DNA of 59,678 bases, the filler included, from Sphacelaria rigidula (taxonomy: Eukaryota), in NCBI GenBank assembly GCA_964200075.2. It is 6 parts of 6 records of this genome, joined end to end, with 100 filler letters (N's around TTAATTAATTAA, not from the genome) between each part and the next. Parts side by side here need not be neighbours in the genome. Positions count along the whole stretch, not along the records: positions 9,965 to 19,827 come from CAXNAA020007602.1; positions 19,928 to 29,790 come from CAXNAA020007603.1; 4 more parts are not named here. The stretch is one strand, 5' to 3'. The notes beneath the pieces were generated by a model. It saw only the letters and a program-made list of their open reading frames with translations. It was not told where the DNA came from and did no database searches. Below are positions 13,588-25,568 of the stretch, piece after piece. Each line of letters starts with the position of its first letter. The first letter of the stretch is position 1. The translations under genes were made by a program, and so were the position numbers.

Positions 13588-13885
13588 CATACCCTGGACA
13601 GTAGATTATATAAATAGCACACCCTGGATAATATATGGTCAATAGATACAACAGACGAGAAGTGTACTGCATGAAGTATAGGCCTATCGCGACTATTGCC
13701 GGCCGACAATAGTCGCAATAGTCCTATAACGTACGTTTCTTGTCTATTGCATCTATTGAAAATATTTTGTCCAAGGTGTGATAAATAGAGAGTGTACTGC
13801 GTACAGTATAGAAACATAAACTGTTTATCCATTACTGTTGTATGCAGTGCACTTTTCCCTACTGTGAGCTGTTGTCCAGGGTGTG
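13588..13885. mobile_element. hAT-type MITE (CACACCCTGGA family), outer copy
   Basis: Ends CATACCCTGGACA...TGTCCAGGGTGTG. Internal AGTGTACTGCGTACAGTAT is shared with 43509-43658. Its own TSD is not preserved. Confidence 0.65.
13618..13780. mobile_element. hAT-type MITE (CACACCCTGGA family), nested inner copy
   Basis: Ends CACACCCTGGA...TCCAAGGTGTG, flanked by perfect 8-bp TSD ATAAATAG (13610-13617, 13781-13788). Internal hairpin at ~13678-13727. Confidence 0.85.
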
Positions 13886-14519
13886 CTGAACAACGGCTGT
13901 TGTTGTTGTTACGGCTGTGACCTCAGGAGTCGCTCAAGCCACAGAAGCGCTTTGTGGGCCCAAAACCAATCGCTGCGGTGTTGATGCGCTACGGTTTGTA
14001 CGTGTGTCTCTCAGTGTGTGTACAGAGTACAGTAGTCGTTACATACCGTACATGCGCCGAAGCACCCTCTGCAAGCACCGGCATGTACACAAGCGGCAGC
14101 GCTTTTCCCAACATGATTCCTTGTTGTGGTAGGCACGCGAACTATTTTCACCCTAGTCCCCCATATCACCAACGGAGCGGAGCCTTGGGTGCATAGACGG
14201 TATGTCGTGACTTCAGCTGCGATACTGGCTCGGGGGAGCGGAGGTTTAGAAAGTATGCACACCCGAAGTAAGTGAGCGTACGCCCCAACAATGACATAAA
14301 TCCTGGTTCAAAATCGCTGCGAACGAAAACACAGGAATTGTTGATAAACCACGATGGATCTCTATCAAAGATCCAGCTGGAAATTTCAAATCTTCCTCGA
14401 GGGATGACTCGCGGAACATCATTTTCTTGTGTTTCTTTCCAGAAAAAGTCGCGAGGTTATTTCCAACTTCCGACTATAGTGCGAACCAAGTCGAAGCAGC
14501 GGAGTCGACAGAAGCTGCA

Positions 14520-16743
14520 GACCGAAATGGCAAGGTGGCACGTGATCGAGAGGTTCCTCCATACCCTCGTCTAGCAAACATACCAGCCAATCACCACCGC
14601 AACGGCGGCCGCGAAGGGGTTTACCGAAGCTATCCTCGACGCAGCGCAGACAGTACTCCCGGAAAAGACACGGATAACATGTGTGCCGGAATGGTGTGAA
14701 AACCGCGGCACGAGAGCAACAGTGGAGGCAGCGCTCGCCAAACGACGGGAGGCACGCCAACTGATGAAGCGCCACGGGACCTCAGCATCGTGGAAAGCAC
14801 TCAGAGCCGCGTGTCAGAACGTGCGTACAGCAATAGACGACGACGCTCATGCACATCTGGAGAGGTATGTGGCAAGGCTAGCAGCGATCTACAATGATTG
14901 CCACATGAGAGGCCTGTACAAACACATCAAGAGATGGGTGGGTCTTGGTGGAAGGCAAGCCGGGAGGCAGCAGTTCATCAAAGACGAGAACGGCGTCCTA
15001 TTGAGGAACAAAATTGCCATCCTTAAACGGTGGGCGAGGTTCTTCCGTGGAGGTACCCAAGATCGACGGCCGCGCCGAACCCATCGTCCTCGAACGCTTC
15101 CACACCATTCTCGTCGAGGTGTGGAACGGAGGGGAGGTCCCGCAGGAGTGGAAAGATGCCACGATCAAGGTGCTGTACAAGAAATCGGACCGATCCATCT
15201 GCGATGACTACAGGGGGATCTCTCTGGTATCGCACGCGGGGAGAGTGCTCTTGAAGGTAGTGGTCAACCGCCTCATCGAGTACTGCGAAACGTACGGGAT
15301 ATTGCCGGAGGAACATTGCGGCTTCCGACCTGACCGATCCACTGTCGACATGATCTTCGTAGTGCGCAGACTCCAGGAGCTGGGACGGTGGCGGAAAATA
15401 CCGCTGTACATGTGCTTCGTCGACCTCCAGAAGGCATATGACTCGGTCGACCGAGAGCTTCTGTGGCAGGTCCTGGCCCGAGCTGGTACTCCAGACGAGA
15501 TGAGAGCAGTCATCCGCAAATTCCACGACGGTATGCAGGCCCGCGTACGCATGGACGACGGGGAGCTCTCGGGGTGGTTTGAAGAGACAAGGAATGCGAC
15601 AAGGATGTGTACTGTCTTCCCTGCTGTTCGTTCAACATCTTCTTCGCGCCCGTGCTCGAGATAGTCCTCGTGCGCTTCAGCGAGGATCATATCACCATTA
15701 AGGACATGGTATATCTCGATGAGGAGATGGGGAGGGGGGTAGATACACCTCTAGAACGTGTACGGGGAGCGGTGTGGGCAATGCTGGATGCCGACGAAGC
15801 CGGCGTCGTCTCGAGATCTCCCGACGGACTAGCGAGGATGATGACCATCATAGTGGACGTGTTTACGGCCTTTGGACTGACCGGATCGGAGAAGAAATTG
15901 GACTCTCTTGATGCGAGTACCGAGGCAAGCACCGAAGAAGGGGGAGTCACCAACATCATCTCCCCCACCGCTGATCATCGGAGCAGCGGGCCAGAATTAC
16001 GCCCAGAAAACTAGTTTCCGATACTTGGGCGCGTTCGTCAACGAAGAGGGCGAACTCAAGCAATAAATCAACAGTGGGAGCAGAGCAGCGTGGGCGCGCA
16101 TCAGGAAGTTCTCCTCTTTGACCGACCGAAAGCACCGTGGAGACTCAAGGTCCGACTGCTGAAAGCGGAGGCGATGGAGGCCTTACTACACGGATGCATG
16201 GCGTGGGCCCCGCGCCTCGAAAACTACGACTTACTGAGAAAGGTACACTACCGGCTCCTCCTGCGAGTCATCGGGTACCGTCGAGTGCGCGGCACATACC
16301 GACAGCTTTCGTATGCACAGGCCCTCAAGAAGACCGGATGCCAAAGTGCCGAGGCCATCGTCCGGCAACGACGATTGCTGCTCGCGGGAGCCCTGGCTAG
16401 ACAACCGGGCGGACGACTACCGAAGCGAATAGCATTCGGGACACTAGTTGGGGGGGAGGATCCAGTACCAGGGTGCCCGGAACAAAATTGGCTACAGTGC
16501 ATGAGGGGCGATCTTCACGCTTTCGGGGCAACAGACGGCTCTACGGACGACAACCGCCAGACATCCGGAATTGACCGCGTTCTGTGGCCCCCAGCAGCTA
16601 ATAAGGAGGGGGTGTTGCCGTGGCACGCGGGAGTGCTGCAGGGAGCGGAGAGATTCATGACCGCAGGGCACAGAAATGAAGAGGATGTCAACCGACTGCG
16701 TGCAATTGGACGGGAGACCAACGAAGCCAACACAACACAGTAA
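14520..16743 (+). mobile_element. Degenerate non-LTR retrotransposon (RTE-like LINE), reverse transcriptase remnant
   Basis: RT motifs spread over several frames: [51 protein letters not shown], decayed YADD (LDADE), and C-terminal RQRRLLLAG..RLPKRIAFG. Frameshifts, an internal deletion near 15050, and no endonuclease seen. 5' boundary approximate. Confidence 0.93.
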
Positions 16744-17451
16744 TTACGACGATCCAAAGAGAAGGGGGGGCGGGGGGTGAACCCCCCCGATGAGGGGTGT
16801 CGTTATGTCATGCAGTGCTTGTCTTGATACGCTTGGTATGCTTGTACGTATGGCTGTCCTTCGAGAGGTCGAAAGATGGACCCTTGCGATTCTCAGTTCT
16901 CTGGCTGATGGCATTTGAGGCTTTGGTTTCGCCCGTAGTCAGACCTAATGTTCATCTCTACTTGGCCTCGCGCATCGAGTTGGAAAGTCGGGTGCCACTC
17001 CCTGAAGTCCGAATGGCCACCTGCGGCACCGGATGTTCCGAAGTTAGTAATATGTTTTCTCTTTCTTCTTCATTATTCATTCCTGTTTTGCTTGTATCGC
17101 GTTTTGTGAGTTCCAATCTGGGTCTATTTTCTACTTTTTCATCCTGTTTCATTTCCTCATACCTTATTATAGGTAGCTAGCCTGCGACCACGGAAGGCGT
17201 TCGCATCAGATGCTCCGTACGAATGTACCGCGCAGATATCGGAACGGTTTTTAATGTGAACACAACAACAAGCAGAAGGATCGAAAACGTGACGTGGCCA
17301 TGCGCATTTCACCGATAGTTGGTGAAACTGTCAAATGAAAGCTGTTCTTTACCGTTCTTGGTCCCCCTTCAGGGTATAAACCGCGAAGGATCATCCTCGA
17401 AGATTCACTTGGGAGATTCTTCGATGTGATTTCGGGATCTCCGTTGAATCA

Positions 17452-17652
17452 TCCAAGGGTAGGTCGAGTAGAGTATACTCAATTGCAGGGTATTTTTAAA
17501 GTTGCACTTAGAGTACACGAATTGGGGGTAGGGTTTTGGGGATCGCTTTATATGGAGTACAACTCCTCAAACTCTACCCTAATTTGAGTACCTGAGGTGC
17601 GTCTTTCAGAATACCCCGGAATTGAGTATGCTCTACTCGACCTGCTCTTGGA
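17452..17652. repeat. ~200-bp near-complete foldback (MITE or hairpin RNA precursor)
   Basis: TCCAAGGGTAGGTCGAGTAGAGTATACTCAATT... pairs with ...AATTGAGTATGCTCTACTCGACCTGCTCTTGGA over ~90 bp with a short loop. No TSD recognised. Confidence 0.85.
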
Positions 17653-19827
17653 ATTATCTCAAACTCATAATCCAGGAATTCCTGGAAACTTAATCAAATA
17701 TACCAGGACCTTCGAGTTTGAGATACCTCTAATACGGAACATGACACCAGCCCCAGATCGCAACGGCACGATGTTACACAACACTCCGCAAACGCGAAAA
17801 ACCACGCGTTGTGAGTTGTGAGTCCAGTTCTTGTGTCGATGCGGAGAGACTCAGGAACCATTTCCGGGAGTAAAGGGGTGCGGTAGTTGTGGCATTCGTG
17901 GACGGCAAATGGGCGCGAAAAGAGCCGAATGTGTGGGCGCCATGCTTGGAGTCGGCGCGTAAATACCCTTGCGCACACTGCGCCGCGTCAGGTACAGTGT
18001 CGGAAGCGATGGCCGAGGACAGGTACTCTCTGGGCCGTTTGGTGACCCACATAAGGCACGATTGGAAAATAATTCCTACATCAGGTATACCTGGCCGAAA
18101 TTAGGCCTAGAAAGGGGAAGTGGTTTTGGGAGGCGGGGCGTCCTTCTGCGCATGGCCGTATCTTGCGAGCAACATTCTTTTTTGATTTTTCGAAGCCAGG
18201 GTGCCGGTGCGACCCCCGATTGCTGTGCGTGAAACAATCGGAGGGCAATCGGTTCAAATTATGGGCTGAGCTGTTTTCACGTTCCTGATCCGTTTTCGTA
18301 CCTTTCTTAGGCAAAAAACGGGAAGGTACACCTTCTCCACGCCACTGCTCTCATTATTTTCTTTACACATGGTGACGCTTGCTACTGAAGATCAGTCCTA
18401 AAAGGATTACTATATTCAATCGCTGAAATAGAGAAGAAAAAGGTCCCTCTCATTTTTGGGGCAAAGTTGAGACTGTAAGAAAATGTCCTACATCTCGGCT
18501 GAATAATAAAAACCGTGAAGAATGGCCCTAGTAACTCGTGCAAAGCTGTTCAACCCCCGAAATGACCCCTGGCTGGCCCAACCCGTTCTTCGAGACATTC
18601 GAAATATGGATACTCGGAAAGCGATCAGTGGGGCGTGGGAGGGGGAGTGAAGCCTCTACACACATACACTTAGCTCCCTCAGCACTCCCTCAGCACGAAG
18701 TCTGCCGTGACCCCGCGCCCTTGACATTGTGATTCGAACCCCGTCCTTCTTCGCTTCACCACGGGCTGGGCCGACCATAAACCCGGCATCCTCTGTCGTC
18801 ACCACAACTCCTCAAGTTTCCCAAATCAGCACGACCTGAGCATATCGCTGTGAACTGCAGACTAACCTGGTAACATAGGCACCGCCGCTGCTCTATTGGT
18901 GCACTTTTGGCGATGATGTTATTGTACTGCGTTGAGTACCGAGTACGTCCCAATTCTTCGTGCGATAGCGTGTCTGAAGACTTGCGTTTCACAAAATGCG
19001 GTGGAATTACGATAGTAAATTCCGCCGCACAGGCACGCGAACATCCGATATGTGCAGGCGAGATAAGTCGAGGAGTTCTGCAATCTCTACGACACAACTC
19101 GATGTCGCTGTCTAACAGCAGAAAATCTGCGCGATCACTCCCGAAAGGCAGGTTCAACAGAGCGATGAAAGCTGCAGTCGTGTTGAAACGACTGTACAGT
19201 GTTCTCCCGAAATCACAGAAGACATGTTTGCCGAGCGAAATCGCACCTGTCTCCGCCCCGTTTCATGCTCCTGCAAAAGACATGGCCACACTCTGCGATA
19301 AGAGGTTGTTGGTCGTGCTTGACATGAGAACTGGTCGAAGCGAAAGCGCCGTGCAGCTCCTACAGTGCGTGCACGGCTGTATCGTAGGACGCGGGTACCG
19401 CAACTGATGGTACGGGAATGGCATCATGCCTGTGGTCATGCCCGTTAAACAAAAAACAGAAGTGGTCATGTCGGGATTCGAACTCATGACCTATGTGTTT
19501 TGAGGCTGTTGTATCAGTTTGACCACCGGGGTCACACAAAAAGTGCGACGCGAACCCCAATTTTACGTATTTCTGGCTGAAACTTTACAAGGATGTGGGT
19601 GATGCAAGTGCTCGTATGTACCCGAGCGTTGTCATCGTCTAAAACATTTTTTGAGGAAGTTACAGCATCTTCCCTGTTTTTGCTGAAACTACAGCTCTAA
19701 CTTCTCGTTTTTTTTCTTCTTCTGCACCACTCGGTGTGTTGCGCGGATTGGTGATGAAAATGTTGTGTCAAAATTTCAGCGCCTAGCTCTTCGATTTGTC
19801 AAACGCATCTTGACCCTTTTGGAACCG

Positions 19828-19927
19828 NNNNNNNNNNNNNNNNNNNNNNNNNNNNNNNNNNNNNNNNNNNNTTAATTAATTAANNNNNNNNNNNNNNNNN
19901 NNNNNNNNNNNNNNNNNNNNNNNNNNN
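19828..19927. other. Artificial contig spacer
   Basis: N44-TTAATTAATTAA-N44. Confidence 0.99.
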
Positions 19928-20059
19928 CCCGGGGGGGTGTGGTCTTGGGCCTGGGGGGACCGGCGGGCGGGGGGGCCGACGGGGGGGGGGGGGGGGGGTA
20001 GCGGTGGTGAAAGGGTACAATCTGGCAATTCCAAAACTTAGATACTACATCATCATCAC

Positions 20060-23000
20060 CTGGCCCGTGGCGCAAAATACACATCCCATGGCGCACCCGG
20101 CCTGCGACGAAATGCATGCTGTCCGGCGTCCATCCGAGTAGGGCATGAGGACAGACTCGATCAGCTGTCCGTCCGCCAGTCGGTACGCCCGTTTCCTCGT
20201 CCCATCCTTACTGGTTTGCTGTGCCGCAACCTGCCCCATACCCCAAAGTTCCCCACAAGGCCCAAGAGGCAGCGATTCCATTTTCGTGTTTCACTAAAAG
20301 CCAGTAGGGTTAACCGGCGTTGGGCTACAAATGTTCATGGTTGACACATTACTTGATTCTAGTGTGTACAATTAAAATAGGATCTTTAGTAAGGCTGACA
20401 GTCCCGTGTGCCCCTCGAGTGCGCAGAACGCGTTTTTGTTGAAATCTGCACCACGGGCGCCGATTTGGGGTCTACCAAGGCCGCGCTTTGCCTAGGGAAT
20501 GCCGTGTACCGCCCTTACCCGGGGGTTCTCGGTATGCGTTGGGTTGGGGTTGGAGTTAGGGGTAGGGATACTTGTAAAATGTGTCAACCATGGACATATC
20601 GTGGCCCAACGCCGGTTAACTAGCCTCCTAAAAACACACAGCACCGAGGGGACGACGACCCGGGCTGCGGCAGCAACCTTGATTGTGCACTGCGCGGTCC
20701 CGATGGTTGATGTAAGGCTATGTAGGTAAGAATGATACGTGAACCCGATGGACAATCGGCTCAAAACATGTTGCTTGGGGATACTAGCGACACCGGAATG
20801 AACCCAGTAAATTGCAGCGAAACACACACGTCAACGTGTCTAGTTTGCCGTTCGACGTCTGATTTGAAATGACTACTTGCGACCAACAGCAACATCAACC
20901 ACAGCAAAAGAAGCGAGGGGAAAGAACGCGACCATGACATGGGTGGCAGGAACGCACCTCCAAGGCGCCAACGGTAGCAACCTTGGCCAACTTCGCTCTC
21001 AAGGTCTTGGGGAGGTTGGTCATGTCATCAAACGACAGAGCGCCTCCGTCGTACAACCACTTCAGCACCTGCAAACAAGAACGGAATGTCGAAGGCAGTT
21101 TTTGCAGGGTCAACTTGAATCCTGTGGACAAAGGAGCAGAGGAGGAATTCATGTGCGGTGTACTGCTGTGCTCGGTGTTTCGGCAGGATATCGCGCGCAC
21201 ATACTCACGGACACAGGCATGGGAGTATAGCACACACCGGGGTTGGAACAGGGGTGTGCATTGCAACGAATACCTCCGATTCAACAACAAAGCGTAATTG
21301 GGCACTCAAAGCAATCTTTGCGGAACAGCCTCCTTCGCCCTTGCTCGCCCATGCAATGTCCTCTCCAGTACCCGCGATCAACGGCCTAACCGCTGCCCGT
21401 CCCCGCACTACGGCAGCTACAGCGACGTTACAAGCCGGAGCATACGCTCCTGCCCAGTCACCTGCCCAGCTCGATACTTGGGTTCTCCTATGCTCTGGAT
21501 AAACCCTTGGATCTCTTCGTCGCTCATCTCCAGCAAATTCATCTGCAAAAAAGGTGTGTGATGAAATGACCAGGTAAACAAATCGCACACGCACATGGAG
21601 TTTATGTTAGACTAGTGAGTGTCCGTCTACTTCAATGTTCTATACTCCGTGTACTGCAGGGCTACGATGATCCGTACAAGAAGATATGATGGACATTTTG
21701 GTTTAGACCGCTTCTTATAGACTGAAAAAGCCACTGAAAACAGCCATTTTGGTCAGTTTCAGGGACTTTTTCCAGAACGCGACCTTATAGGGCGATGTTT
21801 ATGAAAAAAAGTCTTGGAAGCTGACACCTGTTTCCAGACAGCGAGATTTTTCCAAATCTCATTGCGAAAATCCGTCAGTTCTCAGAGACCTCTCTTAGTC
21901 TGGAAAGTAGCGTTCCATCGCACACTCCTCGCATACAAGTGTAGTACAATCAGTGCAAAAGTTGCTAGATGCATGTTGGATGTACAGTACCGTAGCAATA
22001 GCATAGCTGCTGCAGCATTTCGTGCATTCTCTTCATAACCATAGGACCAGGGATAGACAGTACAGTACAGTGTTTTTTTCCCGGCAGCGTTACTACTGTA
22101 AAATACCACGGTGTCGCCTCTACTGCTCGTATCGTTTCATGCTCGTCGTGCCCGCCACCGATTGTGAACCCTGTAGTATTCTGTGTACTGAGACAGTTGC
22201 CATCGCACCACTGATTTGTAAGGTGAGTTTGCTGTGTGCGGTATGACACAAACCGTACTGATGCACACTGCACCGCTTGCGACACTACTACTGTACCAAG
22301 CGGCGGTCGGCTGAAGTAAGGGCTGATACGCCTGTCATTTCGAATTCTACTATACCATGCAGTAGCTGCTGTGTGCGTGCGTGCGTGCGTGCGTGCGTGT
22401 GTGTTGTGTTGCCATACCATATGACCTGTACGTGGGCGAGACTATTTGACCACTACCACTATCTGCACGCAGGCGAGATGATGGCCTTGGGTATACAAAC
22501 AGCCCCCTGAATTTTTTCAAACGACTATAAGGTGGGACTCTGAAAACTGACTTTTCTGAAAAAATCACTGAAAATAGCCGTCCGCCCGAACCTTCTTTAG
22601 TTACTTTTTTCAGTTTGTAAGAAGTGGCCTTATATCGTCTTTTTGTATTTCCTTCTGTGTGTCCTGGCATTACTTGTTGGGGAAAAGCCTAGTTCATGTT
22701 CATCGTGAAGGTGGATCGGGGGCATGGAGAGACTGCTTGAAAACGAGTCCAAACAAACACACGAAACATTTGTCAACAACGATAGACGCATTTGTTACAC
22801 TAGTTGCAGGTTCGCTTACCATTCTCTGACACAGAACAAGTACATTTTACTGCCAAAAGTACGTTCACCATGCTGCAAGGTTCTCGAAGATTGAAATTTG
22901 AAGCGCGATGACATGTGATCAAGGTCCCTGCGCTATTTACCCTTAGCCAGACCCACGCCCCCAGACTTATCTCCCTTCCATAGAGCAGAAATAGAGGTGA

Positions 23001-25009
23001 TCATTCATATGCGCCAGATCTTCTCTGTTCCGAATCGGTGTACGATATCGCTGCTTCGCGTGGGAGTCGCGACAGCAGCGTTTTGATCAACTGACAAAAT
23101 CCCGAAGGACGAGTACAAGTCGCTCCAAAACCGTGCATCCGCCCCCCCTTCCCTCCTCTATTTCCCCCCTAAATGGTTGTACACTGCTCATGAACCCTGG
23201 TCTTGTTCGTACATAAGGAACAGCTACAAGCATGGCGAGGATTTGCAGCAAGCCTTCGAGGTCTCCTATGAATTTGACCAAACCTCGACATGCTTGTATA
23301 CCGACAGTAATGTCTCCTACGAGTAGGTCAGACCAAAAGCAGTTTAAAGCTGTCACAGCCATATCTTTTCGACGTAGACGAACTGGGCCGTGATCTGCAT
23401 ATACTTTGCATTATCTTATCAAAGGCCAGATACCCATCTACTAAACTGCTCAGTCAGATGCTTTTTGTTGTTGTATACCATGACGAGCGAATCCCGTGAC
23501 TTACGAAGATATTTCGACACTCAAGTCTACACGAAACCCTGTAACAAGAATCAGCGAATGGCGCTGATTTTTGGTGTGAACATCACCTGGGGTACGGGAT
23601 ATCTATCGAGAAACATGGCGCAAATAAGACCCTGTACCAAATTCAACATATTGCACTAAAAACACTAAATCTGGATTTAGCAGCGCAGTGTTGAGGGTTG
23701 TGCTACGGAATTTGGTATAGAGAATCGCGATAACATGAAAAGCAACGAAACGCAAAACGTAGAGAATAATCGTGACTTACGGACGTTTTTGTGAAAAATG
23801 AAACTTATTTCTCGTCCTCAACTCAAGAAAAGAACATGTCCTGCCGTATGTTCTCGTAGTATGCTCTTTCGATTCTCCATAACAAAATTCTAGAGCACAA
23901 CCCTCAAAACTGAGCAGCTAAATCGCCTACAACTACAGTTGCATTTCTGGGCCGACCCAGCTCGTAATGTGGCTACAGTTACAGATGTCCATGCGTGTCG
24001 TCCGGCGTACGTTGCGGCAAACTGCAGTTTCAAATGCCCCCGAGGGAGAACGACCTCTGAGGTTCAACATTTTCGGATCTACACCTTTTGTCGAAGAGTT
24101 TTCGCACACGGTCAAGCGCAAGTTGCGCAGTCGCTGAGTTCAATACCAGACAGGAGAAAAATAATGGCTCCATGTGACCGAGAACAACACGACCTACTTC
24201 GCAAGGGAGAGCTTACGAGCTTCTTCTCTGGTTACCTAGTGGCAAGCTGTACTGTAGTACAGACTGTACTGTCCATGGACTGAAACTGATTGTCGTTCAT
24301 CTGTCTCACCGCTGCTAGCCCTGGCTTTTCAGCCGGGCCTCACCTTCATACTGTTCTCCTGTTCGTCATGACCATCCAAACCAGAGTCATCGCGTTCCAC
24401 CTTGACAACTGGTCTTCCATCATCCCCCACAACCTGTCCCGTCACCGCCTCCATCTGCGTAGCTGCCGACAGCTCTATAGCCCTAGTACCGCGCCGCCGC
24501 CGCCGCGGTCCCGCCCAAGCCGGCAGAGCCACCTCAGCGGCGGGGCAACCTGCAACCGAGCGGCTAGTTTCACGAGCCGACATCGACAAGTGATTACGCA
24601 TTCTCGCGTATATGGAGGATACTCGCCCTGGTGTTGGCACTGGTGTTGGTCGTCGGATAGCAGTGGTGATGCTGCCGCCATTGATGCTGCATCGTCCTGC
24701 GCCTGCTGCTGTACATGAAGTTGATGTTGGTCGACGGGTACAAGTACCGTCTGCGGCTGGCCGCAATGAGGTTGACGATACCAAGCCCGCTGAGACACGA
24801 TGCCGAAGCACCCTCGCAGACCTGGACGATGCACCCCTACTCCCATAATATGACATCACCATCGCCGTGTGAGAGGGTAGCTGTGGTGGTGCTGTTGTAG
24901 ATGCTATCGGTGTTGCGTGAGTATGTACTGCAGCTGACAGGACGCCTGCCAGCCGCAGCCCTCTACGCATGCTCAACGGATAAGAGCCTCCGGTTGATTT
25001 GATGGACAT
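20060..25009 (-). CDS. rlmN: RlmN/Cfr-family radical SAM RNA methyltransferase, 5' part (exons 25009-24344, 21542-21462, 21068-20958, 20230-20060; runs off contig end)
   Basis: GT-AG introns, all phase 0, give ...[54 protein letters not shown]...|...[24 protein letters not shown]...[21 protein letters not shown]. This matches the RlmN N-terminal domain and the CxxxCxxC motif. The link to exon 1 and the start codon (25009 or 24970) are less certain. Confidence 0.93.
20314..20615. mobile_element. piggyBac-like MITE in RlmN intron
   Basis: TTAA|CCGGCGTTGGGC...GCCCAACGCCGG|TTAA. Internal G-rich tract GGGTTGGGGTTGGAGTTAGGGGTAGGG. Second copy at 38709-39443. Confidence 0.85.
21706..22629. mobile_element. 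PIF/Harbinger (Tourist-like) non-autonomous element in RlmN intron 1
   Basis: TTA|GACCGCTTCTTATAGACTGAAAAAG...CTTTTTTCAGTTTGTAAGAAGTGGCC|TTA. A second inverted block (CCTTATAG...) sits ~80-100 bp inside each end. 3-bp TTA TSD. Confidence 0.65.
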
Positions 25010-25568
25010 CAGGTGACTTCTTTTGACCGCCGCGTAGTTCAACGACACTAAGGATCGTCCTATACTCTGGATAATGGAGGCAGAATCAGTCGTGTGTTAC
25101 CCTGACGGTGGCTAAGGGACGGTGGTCAGTTGCTTGAGATAGCAAAGGCAGCGGTGCCAATGGAATCGCGTTCACGTCATGATCCAGGGACCTCTGTATG
25201 GATAATGACCAAAGGTAGGTACGTGCATGTACAATATCTTTCATGAACTGTTGTGAAAGACAACCAATAATTGCTTTGGGGACACAACGATACCAACATA
25301 CCAGCGAACATATACGGACATGTATCCATCGACCATCACAGAAAACCGGTAAGATATCAATTTTCCCGCCACAGAGAATCTTGAATCTTGGCAAACAAGC
25401 TGCTTTGGTCCCAACATAACAAGAAGAGTACATAAAGTTTTACGGCGTCTGTTTCACGAAGCAATAATAAAGTGCAGAGAGGCATACTACGTAGACCGAG
25501 GCAGGTTTATCCATCCTCTGCTCTCGCTCTCTCACACACATGCAGCGAACGCGTCCATCACCAGCAAC
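25010..25568. promoter_or_regulatory. Putative bidirectional promoter and 5' UTR region between head-to-head genes
   Basis: 559 bp between the divergent ATGs at 25009 (-) and 25569 (+). No specific motif identified. Confidence 0.45.

Noticed and set aside
18756..19560. Overlapping 133-166 aa ORFs on both strands and a CGHVFC RING-like peptide
   Set aside because: No recognisable domain. The RING-like frame has several stops and lacks the other ligands.
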